From Pelagomonas calceolata (Eukaryota), in contig CAKKNE010000002.1 in the NCBI GenBank assembly GCA_918797485.1, forward strand, positions 1,116,001-1,180,000: a stretch of DNA of 64,000 nt, read 5' to 3'. Below the pieces are notes generated by a model. That model had not been told where the DNA came from. It was given only the letters and a program-made list of their open reading frames with translations, and did no database searches. Numbering within the stretch: position 1 is the first letter of the stretch; each line of letters opens with the position of its first letter. The translations under genes and the position numbers were made by a program. Below, piece by piece: positions 20,214 through 31,201 of this stretch.

Positions 20214-21170
20214 CTAGTCCGCCCACAAACTCTTCGCCCGCGGCCCCGTCGTCGCGTCGCCGACCGTGAGGTAGAGCTGGAGCCACGCGGCGCCGAGCAG
20301 GAGCTGCTCCTCGACCAGCGGATCCGTCGCATCTACCACGCGGACGACGTAATCCTTCGCCTTCGAAGACTCCAGCGCGTCCCTCAGATCGACCGCGTTC
20401 GAGGTCGTAAACACGCATACGGGCGTCGTCGCCGCCTTCGCTAGCGCTGTAGACGACGGCGCCCACGCGACGACGGCGTCGAAACCACTCGACGCCCCCT
20501 GAAGCGCGGCGTCCGCGCTCCGCCCGAAGCCCACGGCGCCCGTCGCGCTGACGCGCTGCTCGGCGAAGAACGCGGACGCGGCCTCGAGCAGCGCGGCGGC
20601 GTCGTAGGCCTCGTCGACGTCCGGGTAGAGCACCGTGGCGTCCGCGTCGAACGCGAGGCGGTCCGCCACCTCCGCCGCGACATCTCCATCAGAGTCCGGC
20701 AGCAGCAGCACGCCGCGGCCGCCCTCGACCTTGCCGGCCTTCTCCTGGGCGACGAGCCGCGACGCCGTCGTGAAGCACCTTATTTTTGCGGAGCCGACCT
20801 CGAGCTCGTGCTCCTCGCGCACGCTCGAGTCCACGAACCCCACGCGCGCGTCAGTAATAGACGGCTCGTCGGGCGCCGGCGCCGTTTGTTGCGGCGAGAC
20901 GACGACGTCCTTGGTCTCGGGTGCGGCGGACAGCCTCGCGACGAGCTCCGCTTTCGTGCCGCTGACTTTGAGGCCGCGGCGGCGACACGCGGCCTTCAGG
21001 TCGACCAGTTTCATGGCCTGCCACACCGATCCGTCATCGCCGCTGCTGCTGCTGCTGCTGTACAATGTGCTGCTGCAGGTGTGCAAGGTTGTGGCGCCGC
21101 GGCGGCGTGCTGGTGATAATGCTTGGACGCGCAGGGCTGTCAGCGTTAATAAAGCGGTCCGAAGCATCAT
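20214..21170 (-). CDS. SAP-domain protein with a degenerate dienelactone-hydrolase-like fold and N-terminal targeting peptide
   Basis: SAP motif (MKLVDLKAACRRRGLKVSGTKAELVARL), GAVGFG, and a hydrophobic N-terminus. Confidence 0.7.
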   Translation of the reverse strand: MMLRTALLTLTALRVQALSPARRRGATTLHTCSSTLYSSSSSSGDDGSVWQAMKLVDLKAACRRRGLKVSGTKAELVARLSAAPETKDVVVSPQQTAPAPDEPSITDARVGFVDSSVREEHELEVGSAKIRCFTTASRLVAQEKAGKVEGGRGVLLLPDSDGDVAAEVADRLAFDADATVLYPDVDEAYDAAALLEAASAFFAEQRVSATGAVGFGRSADAALQGASSGFDAVVAWAPSSTALAKAATTPVCVFTTSNAVDLRDALESSKAKDYVVRVVDATDPLVEEQLLLGAAWLQLYLTVGDATTGPRAKSLWAD

Positions 21171-21232
21171 TTATGTGAGCGCCTCGCCCTCATACAAGCT
21201 CGTACAAGCTCCCAAAGGCCTAGCTTGCTTGT

Positions 21233-21257
21233 TTGCTAGTGTCTTACCGCCGCTAGC
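21233..21257 (-). promoter_or_regulatory. Recurrent upstream motif, copy
   Basis: Reverse complement reads GCTAGCGGCGGTAAGACACTAGCAA, upstream of the 21170 start. Confidence 0.6.
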
Positions 21258-21691
21258 TGGCTTTGTGATCGGCGGCCGTCGCGACCGTCGCGAAGACGAG
21301 GCTATTGGGCCGCTCTTTGTTCTGAAACTGAAGCCAAAAGATAACACCGTCACGGTGACCAAGACCGCTACTCTCTGTTTTGGAGCCTGGCATCCAATCC
21401 CAGTGATCACTCCGATTCACTAAGTCGGCGGGCGTCGGTGGCGACTGTCGCTCTAACCGTTGTCTCGCCGGCGCCGGCGCGCGCCCCGCGGCCTCGGCGG
21501 CCGCGGGGACCGCTGCGACCGCCCTCTCGAAAAGTTTGCAAATGTCTTGCCTTTGCTCTCTTATTGGGCGGCCCTTGTCGACAAAAACTGCGGCCGTCAG
21601 ATCATGCATAGCATTGTGGTACTTGTCTCTGGCATCGTCGTATTCCACGCGATCCGCTGGTTGCCTCATAATCGTCGAGGCGGCCACGCTA

Positions 21692-21717
21692 GCTAGCGAC
21701 ATGTAAGACACTAGCAA
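21692..21717 (+). promoter_or_regulatory. Recurrent upstream motif, copy
   Basis: GCTAGCGACATGTAAGACACTAGCAA upstream of 21949. Confidence 0.6.
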
Positions 21718-21948
21718 TTAAAAATGCATCAGTAAAAGTCCGCTCATTGCTGCACAGAGTGGGTTGCACACTGTCAGCGATTGATACCGTACACACACGG
21801 CTGCGTGGGATCGGTTTTTGATAGCTCTAACGCTGGACGAGAGCGCTGCAGCAAATCCGGAGCGCAAGGCACGATTTCCAGCGCCAAGCGCGCGCGACGA
21901 GACGTACTACACAGCGTCGCTCCCCGTGCCAGACCGCGGAGCTGAATA

Positions 21949-24502
21949 ATGGCGACCAGCATGCAAGACGTAAGCGCCACGGCGGTGGCGGAGGCCTCGG
22001 ACGGCCTGCAGCCCTGGGCTGGCGTGAACGGCGGCCGTGGCAGAGTCATAGATGAGTGGAATCACCGCTCGCGACCCGAGGGCATCGATCCGTGCCGGGG
22101 CACCTACGGCACCGAGGGCTTGCGGGCGCTGGTGCTGCTCACGCAGAGCTTAGGAAGCGAGGAGCGCGTCGCGGGCGTGGCTACTGTCGTGTCGCAGCTC
22201 GTCTACGGCCCGGTCACGTGGTGGAAATCCTACGATCTAGAAGCGCTCCGCCGCGAAATTTACCGGTGGTTGTCGCTCGGCAACGACCAAGCCACGACGT
22301 TGATCGACGAGATCCTGCGCCAGCACCGCGTGTGGGTGATGGGCGGCGAGGAGGGCCCCTTCGCAAAACTGGGCGAGGTCTTGCACCACCTCAAGTTCTT
22401 CCGCTACGAGAAGCGCGGCGAGGAGACGCACCACATCGTCGACGGCGAGCTCATCGCGGAGCTGCGGCGCATCTGCGCGGCGCTGACGTCGGAGCATTCG
22501 CACCTCACGGGCACGTGCCACATCGAGATGGCGTTCCTCCTCTTCTTCAACATGGCCGTGGGCGACGAGGAGCTGCGGAAGTTATTAGTGTTCGTGTTCG
22601 CCCACTGCCTCTTCGGCGCGGTCGGCATGGCCGTCGCTTTGAAATTATTGAAGTGCTTCCGGAAGCAGCTCTCGGCCGTCGCGTTCGACGAGGATTTGTT
22701 GAAGGCGCGCGAGGCCTTGGTTTTGGCTCTGGACGGCGGCGTCGAGGCCACGATCGCGGCCGCGGTCGCGGCCTTCAACTCCGCGTGGTCCGCCGTCGAG
22801 GCGGAGGCGGTCAAGGCCTACCCGCACGAGGCCTGCGTCGCGCTCCAGTACCAGATGCAGAAGGTGGACCTCGTCGAGCACATGGAACAGCTCCGCGAGG
22901 TGCTGGACGTGCTGAAGACGGCGAAAGAGCCCGTGATGGTATTCGTGGCGCCGAAGGGCATAGTCTCGTGCTTCGGTCAGAAGCCCACGACGTTGAAGGT
23001 CCTCCGCTGTCGCTTTGATCCCGGCGCCATCACCACGGCTCTCGAGGGCCTCCATAAACTAAATAACTCGCAAGCGCTATTGTCGAACGCCGTCGCGCTC
23101 CTCGTGGCGATGGGGAACTACGGCACGTCGGGTGAGGTCGACGCGGACCTCATGGACCACCTGCGCGGATGCGGCAAGGGGTGCCAGCTAGACATCTACG
23201 CGCTTATTTTCTATGGCATACTTAATAGCGCTCTTATGTCGTCGATTCAAGGCGACATTGCGGTCTTTGTACCTTCGGAGGGGCGCTTTGTCGTCGCGCG
23301 GCGGCCGGGCGAAGCCAGGCTGGTGCATGCGCTGCGTCAGAAAGTCAACTTAGCCTTCGGGACGGCGCGTCGACCTCCACGCCGTCGAGGCCACGCGTTT
23401 GCGGGAGATGGAGTGGTGTTGTGAGGAGTACTTCGCGCAGGCGTACAGCTTCGAGGCGATGGCGCTGGACGCCGGCTACGAACGCGTGCATGATTTCCTG
23501 CAGGACGCGCGCAACTCCTACGACGTCACGACGATGCGCGCGGTCCGCCAGTTTAGGAGAGAGGCGCAGTTGTTTGACGAGCGCTTTGTACCGATGAAAG
23601 ATGCGTTGCGAGCGGAGCACCTCGCGACGATGGCGCGGCGGGCGGCGCGGACGCTCGCGGGCCAGGAGAACGGCGGGCGCCTTTCGAGGACGACGGTCGT
23701 TGTAGCTGGAACGCAGTTTTACGACGCGGCGGGGCATTTGAGGGGTTCGGCCCCTGGAGCCGCGGGCGTGTTCGGAGCGCGCGTCTCGTTTGTGAGGGGG
23801 CGGCGCTGGTCTACGAAGAATGCGTTCGTCGACTTGCTCTGCGACGAGGGCGCGGACGTCATCGATCATGGGTTAACGACTGGCTCGGCGGAGCTCGCGG
23901 CGTTCCTGGCGTCGTCGGAGGGTATTGACGAGCTCGAAGATAGACAGTACCTGTGCGTGATCCCGAACACCTACCCGGCGCCGGAGGGGTGGGAGGGTTT
24001 GTTCGACTTGCTCAGGAGGTTTGTGAGTGACGACCGGTGCTACCGCGAGGACGCCATCAGTAGATTCCTCGCGTCGGACGAGGCGTCCTTCTTTGAGTGG
24101 GAGGGCCGCAAGGGCTGCTCAGTCATGAAAAAGAGGTTGGAGGAGGTCGATTGCGGCGACAAAATCAGCCGCTTGCTCGTATGGCGTCCCTGTGCGACCG
24201 ACCCGGACGGCAATCCGTACCAGATCGGCGTCGACCCCTCGTTAGTTCGCCGGTCGAGGCGACTAGCACCGGAGCCGGCGCCCGCGGCCGAGCCAACGCC
24301 TTCGGATGAAGATATGGAGGAGGATGACGACGATCCGTTCGCCGAGCACAACGTGCCGCCCGCGACGAAACCCAATCGACCGCGGCTCCTCGAGCTCTAC
24401 AAACGCAAGTTCGGAAGACCGGCGCCGAAGGGAAGCACCGAGATTACGCTGTTCCCGGGCAACTATCTGGAATGGGTACGGTACAAGATCGCCAACGGCT
24501 AG
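21949..24502 (+). CDS. Hypothetical protein split by an apparent 1-nt frameshift near 23359 (about 850 aa if joined)
   Basis: ORFs 21949-23424 and 23399-24502 overlap. Removing one G from GGG at 23359-23361 fuses them (LAFG-RRVDLHAVEATRLREM). Confidence 0.55.
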
Positions 24503-24586
24503 CTCAAGCGTCGCGGCGGTGTCGCTGGGCAACCGCTGCTGGATCTGATGAACTCCCCCTCCCAGTACTGTAGTAACAACACTTCG

Positions 24587-27500
24587 TTAGTGATCATGGT
24601 GCCGTCGCTCAAACACCCTATGCGCAAACGCCCGCAACGCCTCCTCGCCCGCCCCAACATCAAAAGCAGCGCCGTCGTCGTCGAGCAACTCTTCAAAAGC
24701 GAACGGGTCCTCGGCGAGCCACGCGTAGGTCCCGAGGCCCTGCGCGTCGTCGGACAGGGCGGCGCCTAGCGCGGCGACGTGCGCCAGCCCCGCGCCGGCC
24801 TCAAAGCACGACGACGCGACGACGCGCCCGTGGCGCCGCGCCAGCGCGAGCGTCCGTTCCAGACCGATCAACGCCGGCTTCGCCACCAATACCTCAGCAT
24901 CGTCGAAGGCCGGCGACCAGTCCGCCTCGGCCAGCGTCTCGTCCAGCGCCGCCGGTATATTACTCGAAGAAAAGGGCGGCTCTTCCACAAAGTCGAGCGG
25001 CGCGTCTCCCAAGTGCGCGAGGAACGTCTCGTACTGCTCGCGGGACCACCTTCTATTGGCATCGACGCGAACCTTGTAGTGCTTCTTGACGGCGTCGCGG
25101 ACGCGCGCGGCGTCCCGCTCCGGCGCGAGGACGCCCGCCTTGAGCTTGACGACCCTATTTGGTAAAAACGCGGGCGCGTCGTCCTCGCCGTCGACGAGGG
25201 CCGCGATATCTACCGATCCGCGCGCGCCGCGGCCCAGCGCCGACGCGTACAACGCGGACGGCGAGCGCGTCACGAGTCCGATGACGGCGGTCTCGAGCGC
25301 GAAGCGCACCGACGGCAGCTCGGCGTCGGCGCCGCACACATCATGGAGAAACCGGTTCAGGCTCCCGTCGAGCTGTTTCACGGCCGGTGGGATCGTCGCG
25401 TGCTCGAGCTTCGCCGCGCAGCGCCGCAGCGCCGCGCGCGCGTCGGCAGCGGACTCGGAGTGGACGCCGCGGCACGGCGCCGCCTCGCCGATTGAATACT
25501 GAGAGGCGCTCGCCAGCGCGATCCAGGCACCCTCGACGGCGCCGGCGTCCGTTTCCGACGAAGTGCCGGCCCAGGCGTTTTCGCGCGGCTTCCGCGTCGC
25601 GACCGAAAAGTCCTCGACGACAGCCGCCGTGATCACGACGTCTTCCTCATCAGCATGATGATAACTCAAAAAGCCGTGCACGGCGGCCGCTATTTCATCA
25701 GGCGCCTCGTCCAGCAACGCGTGGCCGCCCGGGAGCACGGTCGCGTCCAAGGCGGCCGCGTCGCCGGCGCACCGCTCGTCGTGGGCGCCGTGGACCAGGA
25801 GCACGTCGTCGTGCGATGCTACGTCTCGTAGGTCCGGCTGGTCCCCCAGCCCCGCGCGCTCGAGCGACGCCGCCGCGTTCTCGGGGAGCCGCGCGAGGCG
25901 CCGTCGTCGCACCGCGTCGTACGCCCCTGAATTTCTAAGCTCTCCCCAGAGGCCGCCCTTGGCGCCCTCGGCGTACCAGACGTCGTCGAAGAACGAGGCC
26001 CAGTCTGCATCGCATTTCAGCGCGCGGACGCGCGCCGCCAGCGCTTTATCAGCTCGTCGCCGCGCGTCCCGCGCGTCGCCCTCGAGGCCGACCAATCTCG
26101 CCGACACGGCCACGACTCTCCCTATTGATGATGGTCTCCGCAACTTGCAGCCGAGGGCCAGCCGCGCGCCCAACGAGTAGCCCACCATGTCCACGGGTCC
26201 GTCGTACAACTTTTCGACCAACGCCAGCAGCCCGTCGACCTGGTCGTCATAACTATAACCGGCTTCGGTCGCCGACGCGCCGTGGCCCGCGAGGTCCACC
26301 ATGACAACGTCGCGGCCCGCGAGCTCCGCTTGGAGTCCTCGCAGATCTTCCCTACTCCCGAAGAGGCCGTGCAGCAGGACGACGGGCGGTCCATTACCAT
26401 GAAAGCGCTCGTAGGCTAGGTTGTGGGACATGGACCGTCTCGCCGCCTCGACCGCCGGCGCCTCGAGCGCTCTATGAATCGCGACGTTGTCCTTTCGTTG
26501 AACCTCCGGGGTCGCGACGACGACATCCAGGGAAGCATCGTCGAGCAATCGTTCAAATTCACTCGCAGACGAAGCTCTGGAAGCAGTCAACCCGTGCGCC
26601 TCGACCAGCCGCACGAAATCCACAGCATGCGTCGCTCCAAATAAAGTCTCGAAGACCTCCTCAGAGACGATTTCGTCCGCCGCGATACCCTCCGGGTTCG
26701 ACGCTAAAGGAAGGAAGCTGAAGATGCCGCCTCCGCCGTTGTCCACAACCACAATGCGCAGCCTTCTTTGATGGGCGTCCGCGACGGCTCGTAACGAGCC
26801 GGCGTCGTGGAGCATGGCCTGGTCGCCAATCAGCAAGTATGTCGTGTCGGCGTCGTGGTTCTCCGCGTAGCCCAGGGCCGTCGCCACGACCCCGTCGATG
26901 CCCGCTAATCCTCGATTCGCCTCCGCTCTTATAGGTACGCCAAACCTATCGCAGTCCCGGATCGGCATGCTGTTCGACACGAAGAGGCCCGCTTGATGAC
27001 GTGACGCCGCCTCGGTCACGGCGCGCGCTATAAATGGTTCCGAGAAGCCGTCTATATCTAAAGCTTCGTCGGCGGCCATGCCAGCTCTGAGTAGCGGCTT
27101 GAGTAATTTCGACGGAGGAAATATCTGACCATACAACGCCCGCGCAATCATATAGGGAGGCGCCTCGACCCTAACAGACGTGGCGAAGTCGTCGTCGATT
27201 CTTGAACGGCCCGGCGCGACCACGACCTTCCGCACATTTGGGGCGCAAAACGCGGCGTCCAGCCACGCGCGCGTCGCCGGCGCAAAGGCCGGCGCGGCAC
27301 CCAGCTGCAAGACGCAGTCCGGTTTCAACTCCCGTAAAGCTTCTAAAACGGCGTTCGGGCGTCGCACGACGACGTCGACATCTCTGATACCAGAGCGGAC
27401 GTCAGCATGTATAACAGGCCAGTGCAGCTCCTCCAAGAAATTTGAGACGTCCTCCACATCCTTCGGCGCGAGGCGCCCGACGACGACGACGCCCCTTTTT

Positions 27501-28877
27501 GATGGTCGCAGGGCGTCCATGATTTGAGACGCGTCTATGGTGTTGACAGAAGTAGTAGACGTCCAGGGGTCATCATGTGACGCCCAGGTCGCGTAGCGCG
27601 CGCCCTGTAAGGCGGAGTTGTCCCAGTCCGCGTTCACTGATAAGCCGGGGTCGTTGCGCGCGCCGCCGACGCCTCTTCTAGAGCCGCGGCGCGGCGCGAG
27701 GTTCTCGCGGAAGGCCAGGTTCATGTGCGTTGGGCCCTGTGTTGTTTTGGTGTCGTGTGCTTGCGCCTATTTTGCGCTCTCTCTCTCTCTCGCGCGCGCG
27801 CCGCGACGCCATCGACGCGACCACTGAAGTTCGTTTTCCGCTCCGAGTACGCACCGGGTCCTCCTCGCGCAGCGCCGCCGCAGCTATTGACGACACCTCA
27901 CCGAGGTCGCCCAGCGCCGCGACGCGGTCGTCGGCCGGCGGCAGGTCCGCTGCCCGGCGCACCGTCGATCGCAGGAGGTCCTGCTGCCTCTCGAGGACCT
28001 GGTCCGCACCGACGCCGCGCATCTCCGCGGGCCGGTCGGCCGTCGCGAAGACGATCGGAATAGAGTCGCGGTCGGCCTCGCAGGCGGCCGGCAACAAGTT
28101 GGCGACGGCCGTGCCCGACGTCGTCACGACGCAGGCGCAGCTTCCACTTCGCGCGCGCGCGTGGCCCAGCGCGTAGAAGGCCGCTGCGCGCTCGTCGTGT
28201 ACTACCCTCAAGTTGCGGCGCACATGGGGGTCCCGCGCGCACGCGAGGGCCAGCGGCGCCGACCGCGCGCCCGGCGCGATGACGAAGCGGTCCACGCCCT
28301 GCCGCACGAGCTCGTCGATCACGCTCGCGGCCCAGGCGGCGCCGGCCGTCGGCAGCGTTGCGTACGACGGTAACGGCGCCACGACGTGCGCGGCGTCGCC
28401 CGTGAGCACGGCGTCGGCGCCGCGTCTCACGAGAGTGCACCCTTTGATAGTGCCGGTCGCGCCGTCGAACGCGTCACCGCCGAGCGCGATCGCCAGCTCG
28501 CACACGTCGTCGCCTTTTCCTTCAAATACCGCCCCGCCGTCGACAAACCGCGCACGCGGCGGCCGCGTGTTTTGACCGGTGCGCAAGGCGAGCGTCGCGG
28601 AGCCGTCGAGCGCCGCGCGCAGCAGCGCCGTGCCGTCGCCGTGATCGACCAGGGACGCGTTCAGGCCCTCGAGAATGCAGTCGCATCTGTTGTCTTCGAT
28701 GGAGAATGCCTCGATGCCGCTGCAGCCGCGGAGGAACTCGCGCGCGGTGCACGCGACGAGGATGGGGCCGTAGTGTTTTGTTGTGTGCGCGTTGATCTGT
28801 TGGGTCGTGCGCCAGAGGGACTGCGGTGCGAGCTGGCTCGTCAGGCGCAGCAGTGCGCATATGATGATGGTGCGCAT
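24587..28877 (-). CDS. PHYLLO-like phylloquinone/menaquinone biosynthesis fusion MenD-MenH-MenC, about 1390 aa, 2 exons
   Basis: MenD (APGARSAPL, HDERAAAFYALG, TTSGTAVANL, NRGLAGIDG, GDQAMLHD, NGGGGIF), MenH (LHGLFG, GYSLG) and MenC (KLK, DAN, EEP, LDE, KP). GT-AG intron at 27854-27737. Signal-peptide-like N-terminus. Confidence 0.9.
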
Positions 28878-29009
28878 CTTTACTCAGCGTCGTCTCTTTG
28901 CTGTGATCAGTTATGCATCGTGGCACTCTGAGGATTCGCACCGAGGCTGCAGCGCGTCTGAAGTGCACTCGTGAGGGAGAACAGCTCAGAGAGTTGCCTC
29001 AATCGCGAA

Positions 29010-29033
29010 GCTAGCGGTCTGTAAAGACACTAG
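29010..29033 (+). promoter_or_regulatory. Recurrent upstream motif, copy
   Basis: GCTAGCGGTCTGTAAAGACACTAG in a divergent interval. Confidence 0.55.
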
Positions 29034-29035
29034 GG

Positions 29036-29680
29036 ATGCTACGCGTAACGCGAGATATGCACGTTAGGAATGGGGATGGATGCGAAGTCGGACTGCTCGA
29101 CCGGCCCCGGTCGGTCGTCGTAGCCGGGGTTAGAAAGATGGGCTGTGTTAATGCCGCGTCCGCCGCGGCGCCGCCGACCCAGTGCAAGTCGAAGGACTGC
29201 CGCTTCGGCGACCCCAGCTCGAGCGGCGGCCTCGGCGACGAAGACATCTGCTGCCCGGACGCCTGGGAGAGCGCCGACGTCATCAACGTGGAGCTGCCGG
29301 AGATCGTGATGCAGATAGCAAAGGAGCTTGGCCTGGGCACGATCCCGTTCCGCGAGGCCATTGGCGAATATCACAACGAGGTGCTGAAGGCCATCCGCTC
29401 GTACGAGATGGCCGACCAGGTCCACCCGAACGAGATGGGATACCGCGAGATGGCCATTCAAGCCGTCAATGTCCTCAACAAGGCCCTTGCGCCGTCGTTC
29501 TGGGCGAAGACCGACGAGGCGGAGACCGGCGCGCGGTGGATGGGGGGCCTCGCCGTCGTCGCGGTCGGCGGCCTCTTCGCCGTGTTCGCGGCGATCTCGC
29601 GCAAGGGCCGCGGCGCCGCGCGGGTCGTCAAGGAGGGCTACGGCGCCACCGATTCTACGGTGGACGCGCTGCTGGCCTGA
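29036..29680 (+). CDS. SGNH-hydrolase-like C-terminal portion with a membrane anchor; possibly a gene fragment
   Basis: ADQVHPNEMGYREMA (DxxH block V) and a C-terminal hydrophobic helix. No GDS block I is visible and the start is uncertain. Confidence 0.5.
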   Translation: MLRVTRDMHVRNGDGCEVGLLDRPRSVVVAGVRKMGCVNAASAAAPPTQCKSKDCRFGDPSSSGGLGDEDICCPDAWESADVINVELPEIVMQIAKELGLGTIPFREAIGEYHNEVLKAIRSYEMADQVHPNEMGYREMAIQAVNVLNKALAPSFWAKTDEAETGARWMGGLAVVAVGGLFAVFAAISRKGRGAARVVKEGYGATDSTVDALLA

Positions 29681-29764
29681 GCGGCGAGCTCTATCCCCGG
29701 CGCGCGAGCTTTCCTTCGCGCCGCCATCCATCCCCATTCCTAACATGTAAGTAGTACACTCGAG

Positions 29765-30688
29765 TTACGCGCGCCTACCCCCCGAAAGATTCGGAGGCGG
29801 CCGCCGGTCCCGCCGCTCCTCGGTCACCGCGACGATCCGCGTCGCGACCTTGCACCCGCTATTCAAAACCTTCGCGCGCCGCCGCAGGCCCGTCAACAAT
29901 TCCAGTTCCTGACGCTCATCCCTCTGGGCCTCTTTCCAGCGATAGTCGCATTGTGCCACAGAAAACTCCAGAGCGCGTATATCTTTTTTGATAACACCGT
30001 CGTAGTACGCGTCGTACGGCTGCGCGATGTCCACATCATCAGAGGCCACGGCCGCGCGCGCGACGTCGACGAGCTCGCGCGCGCCGCGCTTCGAAAATAG
30101 AGCTCGCCGCCGCACCGCCGCCGCGAGCGGCTTTTCGCGGTGCGCCCGGAATTCCCGCCGTCTATCGTCGAGCTTCCTCTCGACGCTGCCGAGGCACGCA
30201 CGAAAGTGCTTCACCCGGGCCTGAGCCTCAGAAACGACAGTCATTTGCTCGTTGACGAGCGCCATCTGGGCGCGCAGCTGCGAGTTGAGCTTGCGCGCGA
30301 GGCGCGAGGCCCGCGGGAGGAACCAGCGGGGCTCGCGCGCGGCCCGCATGGCGACGCGCGAGGCGGCGCCGAAGATGTTCAGGCGGTCGCGCGGTGTCAC
30401 GAACGCCAAGCAGCGCTCCACGAGCTCCTCCGGCAGGCCGAAGCCGCGGCGGCCGTTGCGGATTAGCGCGAGGCGCTTCGACGGCGGCTCCTCGGGAGCC
30501 GGTTCGGCGGGATCGGCGGGATCGACGCCAGGCGGTACCGGCACGTGCCAACCGTCGAACCCGACGCGGTCCGAGGCGCGGTGGCGCTCCTCCGGCTCGT
30601 CCTCGTCGTAGTCCGCGCCGACGCCGTCGCCACTCCACGCGTAGGTCTTGCGGCGGGCTTTCGCCGGGACGCGGCGCTGCTTGAACAT
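29765..30688 (-). CDS. F-box-like, coiled-coil protein
   Basis: GLPEELVERCLAFVTPRDRLNIFGAASR followed by coiled-coil segments. Confidence 0.6.
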   Translation of the reverse strand: MFKQRRVPAKARRKTYAWSGDGVGADYDEDEPEERHRASDRVGFDGWHVPVPPGVDPADPAEPAPEEPPSKRLALIRNGRRGFGLPEELVERCLAFVTPRDRLNIFGAASRVAMRAAREPRWFLPRASRLARKLNSQLRAQMALVNEQMTVVSEAQARVKHFRACLGSVERKLDDRRREFRAHREKPLAAAVRRRALFSKRGARELVDVARAAVASDDVDIAQPYDAYYDGVIKKDIRALEFSVAQCDYRWKEAQRDERQELELLTGLRRRAKVLNSGCKVATRIVAVTEERRDRRPPPNLSGGRRA

Positions 30689-30737
30689 TTATTTTTTTGC
30701 TGGTGGCAGCGGGGCGACACTGAGGCCAGAGCAGCTT

Positions 30738-30795
30738 CACGAGAGCTCTGGGGGCGCCACGGGCCGCACGAGAGCTCTGGGGGCGCCACGTGCCG
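30738..30795. repeat. Tandem duplication of a 29-bp unit
   Basis: CACGAGAGCTCTGGGGGCGCCACG(G/T)GCCG repeated twice. Confidence 0.85.
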
Positions 30796-31201
30796 CGATG
30801 AATTAGCGCCTGAGAGCCTTAGCTTGTGCTTCACACAGGGGCTCTGCAGCCTACCGAACGCCCAAGATCTGGCCGGCGGCAGGACGGCGGACGTCGCAGG
30901 TTCAGGTAGCCAAAAAGGGCACGCCACACTTTGGTGAGGCCGAGCTGCTTTTTGCTTAATCTCGAGGGCTAGCGTACTCGACACACACTAGAATTTAAGC
31001 AGCGCGGCAGCTGCGCTCATCCGTGCGATAAATCGACGTCTGCTGGGCCGTAGGCAGCTCTCACGACACCAGAGTAGCGCTCGAAGCGCAAGCGCAGCAC
31101 TAGGAGCCGCATCGCAAGCAACGCTGCCCGAGAGCGCGGGCAGAGCTAGACAGATACCGAAGCGGCGCGCGGCAAGCGCTGCACGCCGACGACGCGAAAG
31201 C

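Noticed and set aside
21233..21717. Two outward-facing motif copies resembling the TIRs of a 485-bp transposon, enclosing ORF 21253-21717
   Set aside because: No TSD, and the same motif occurs singly at 11 other upstream sites. The ORF begins inside the motif and has no recognisable domain.
24587..28877. Bacterial men operon or contamination
   Set aside because: It is a single fused frame with a spliceosomal intron and a targeting peptide, flanked by eukaryotic genes.
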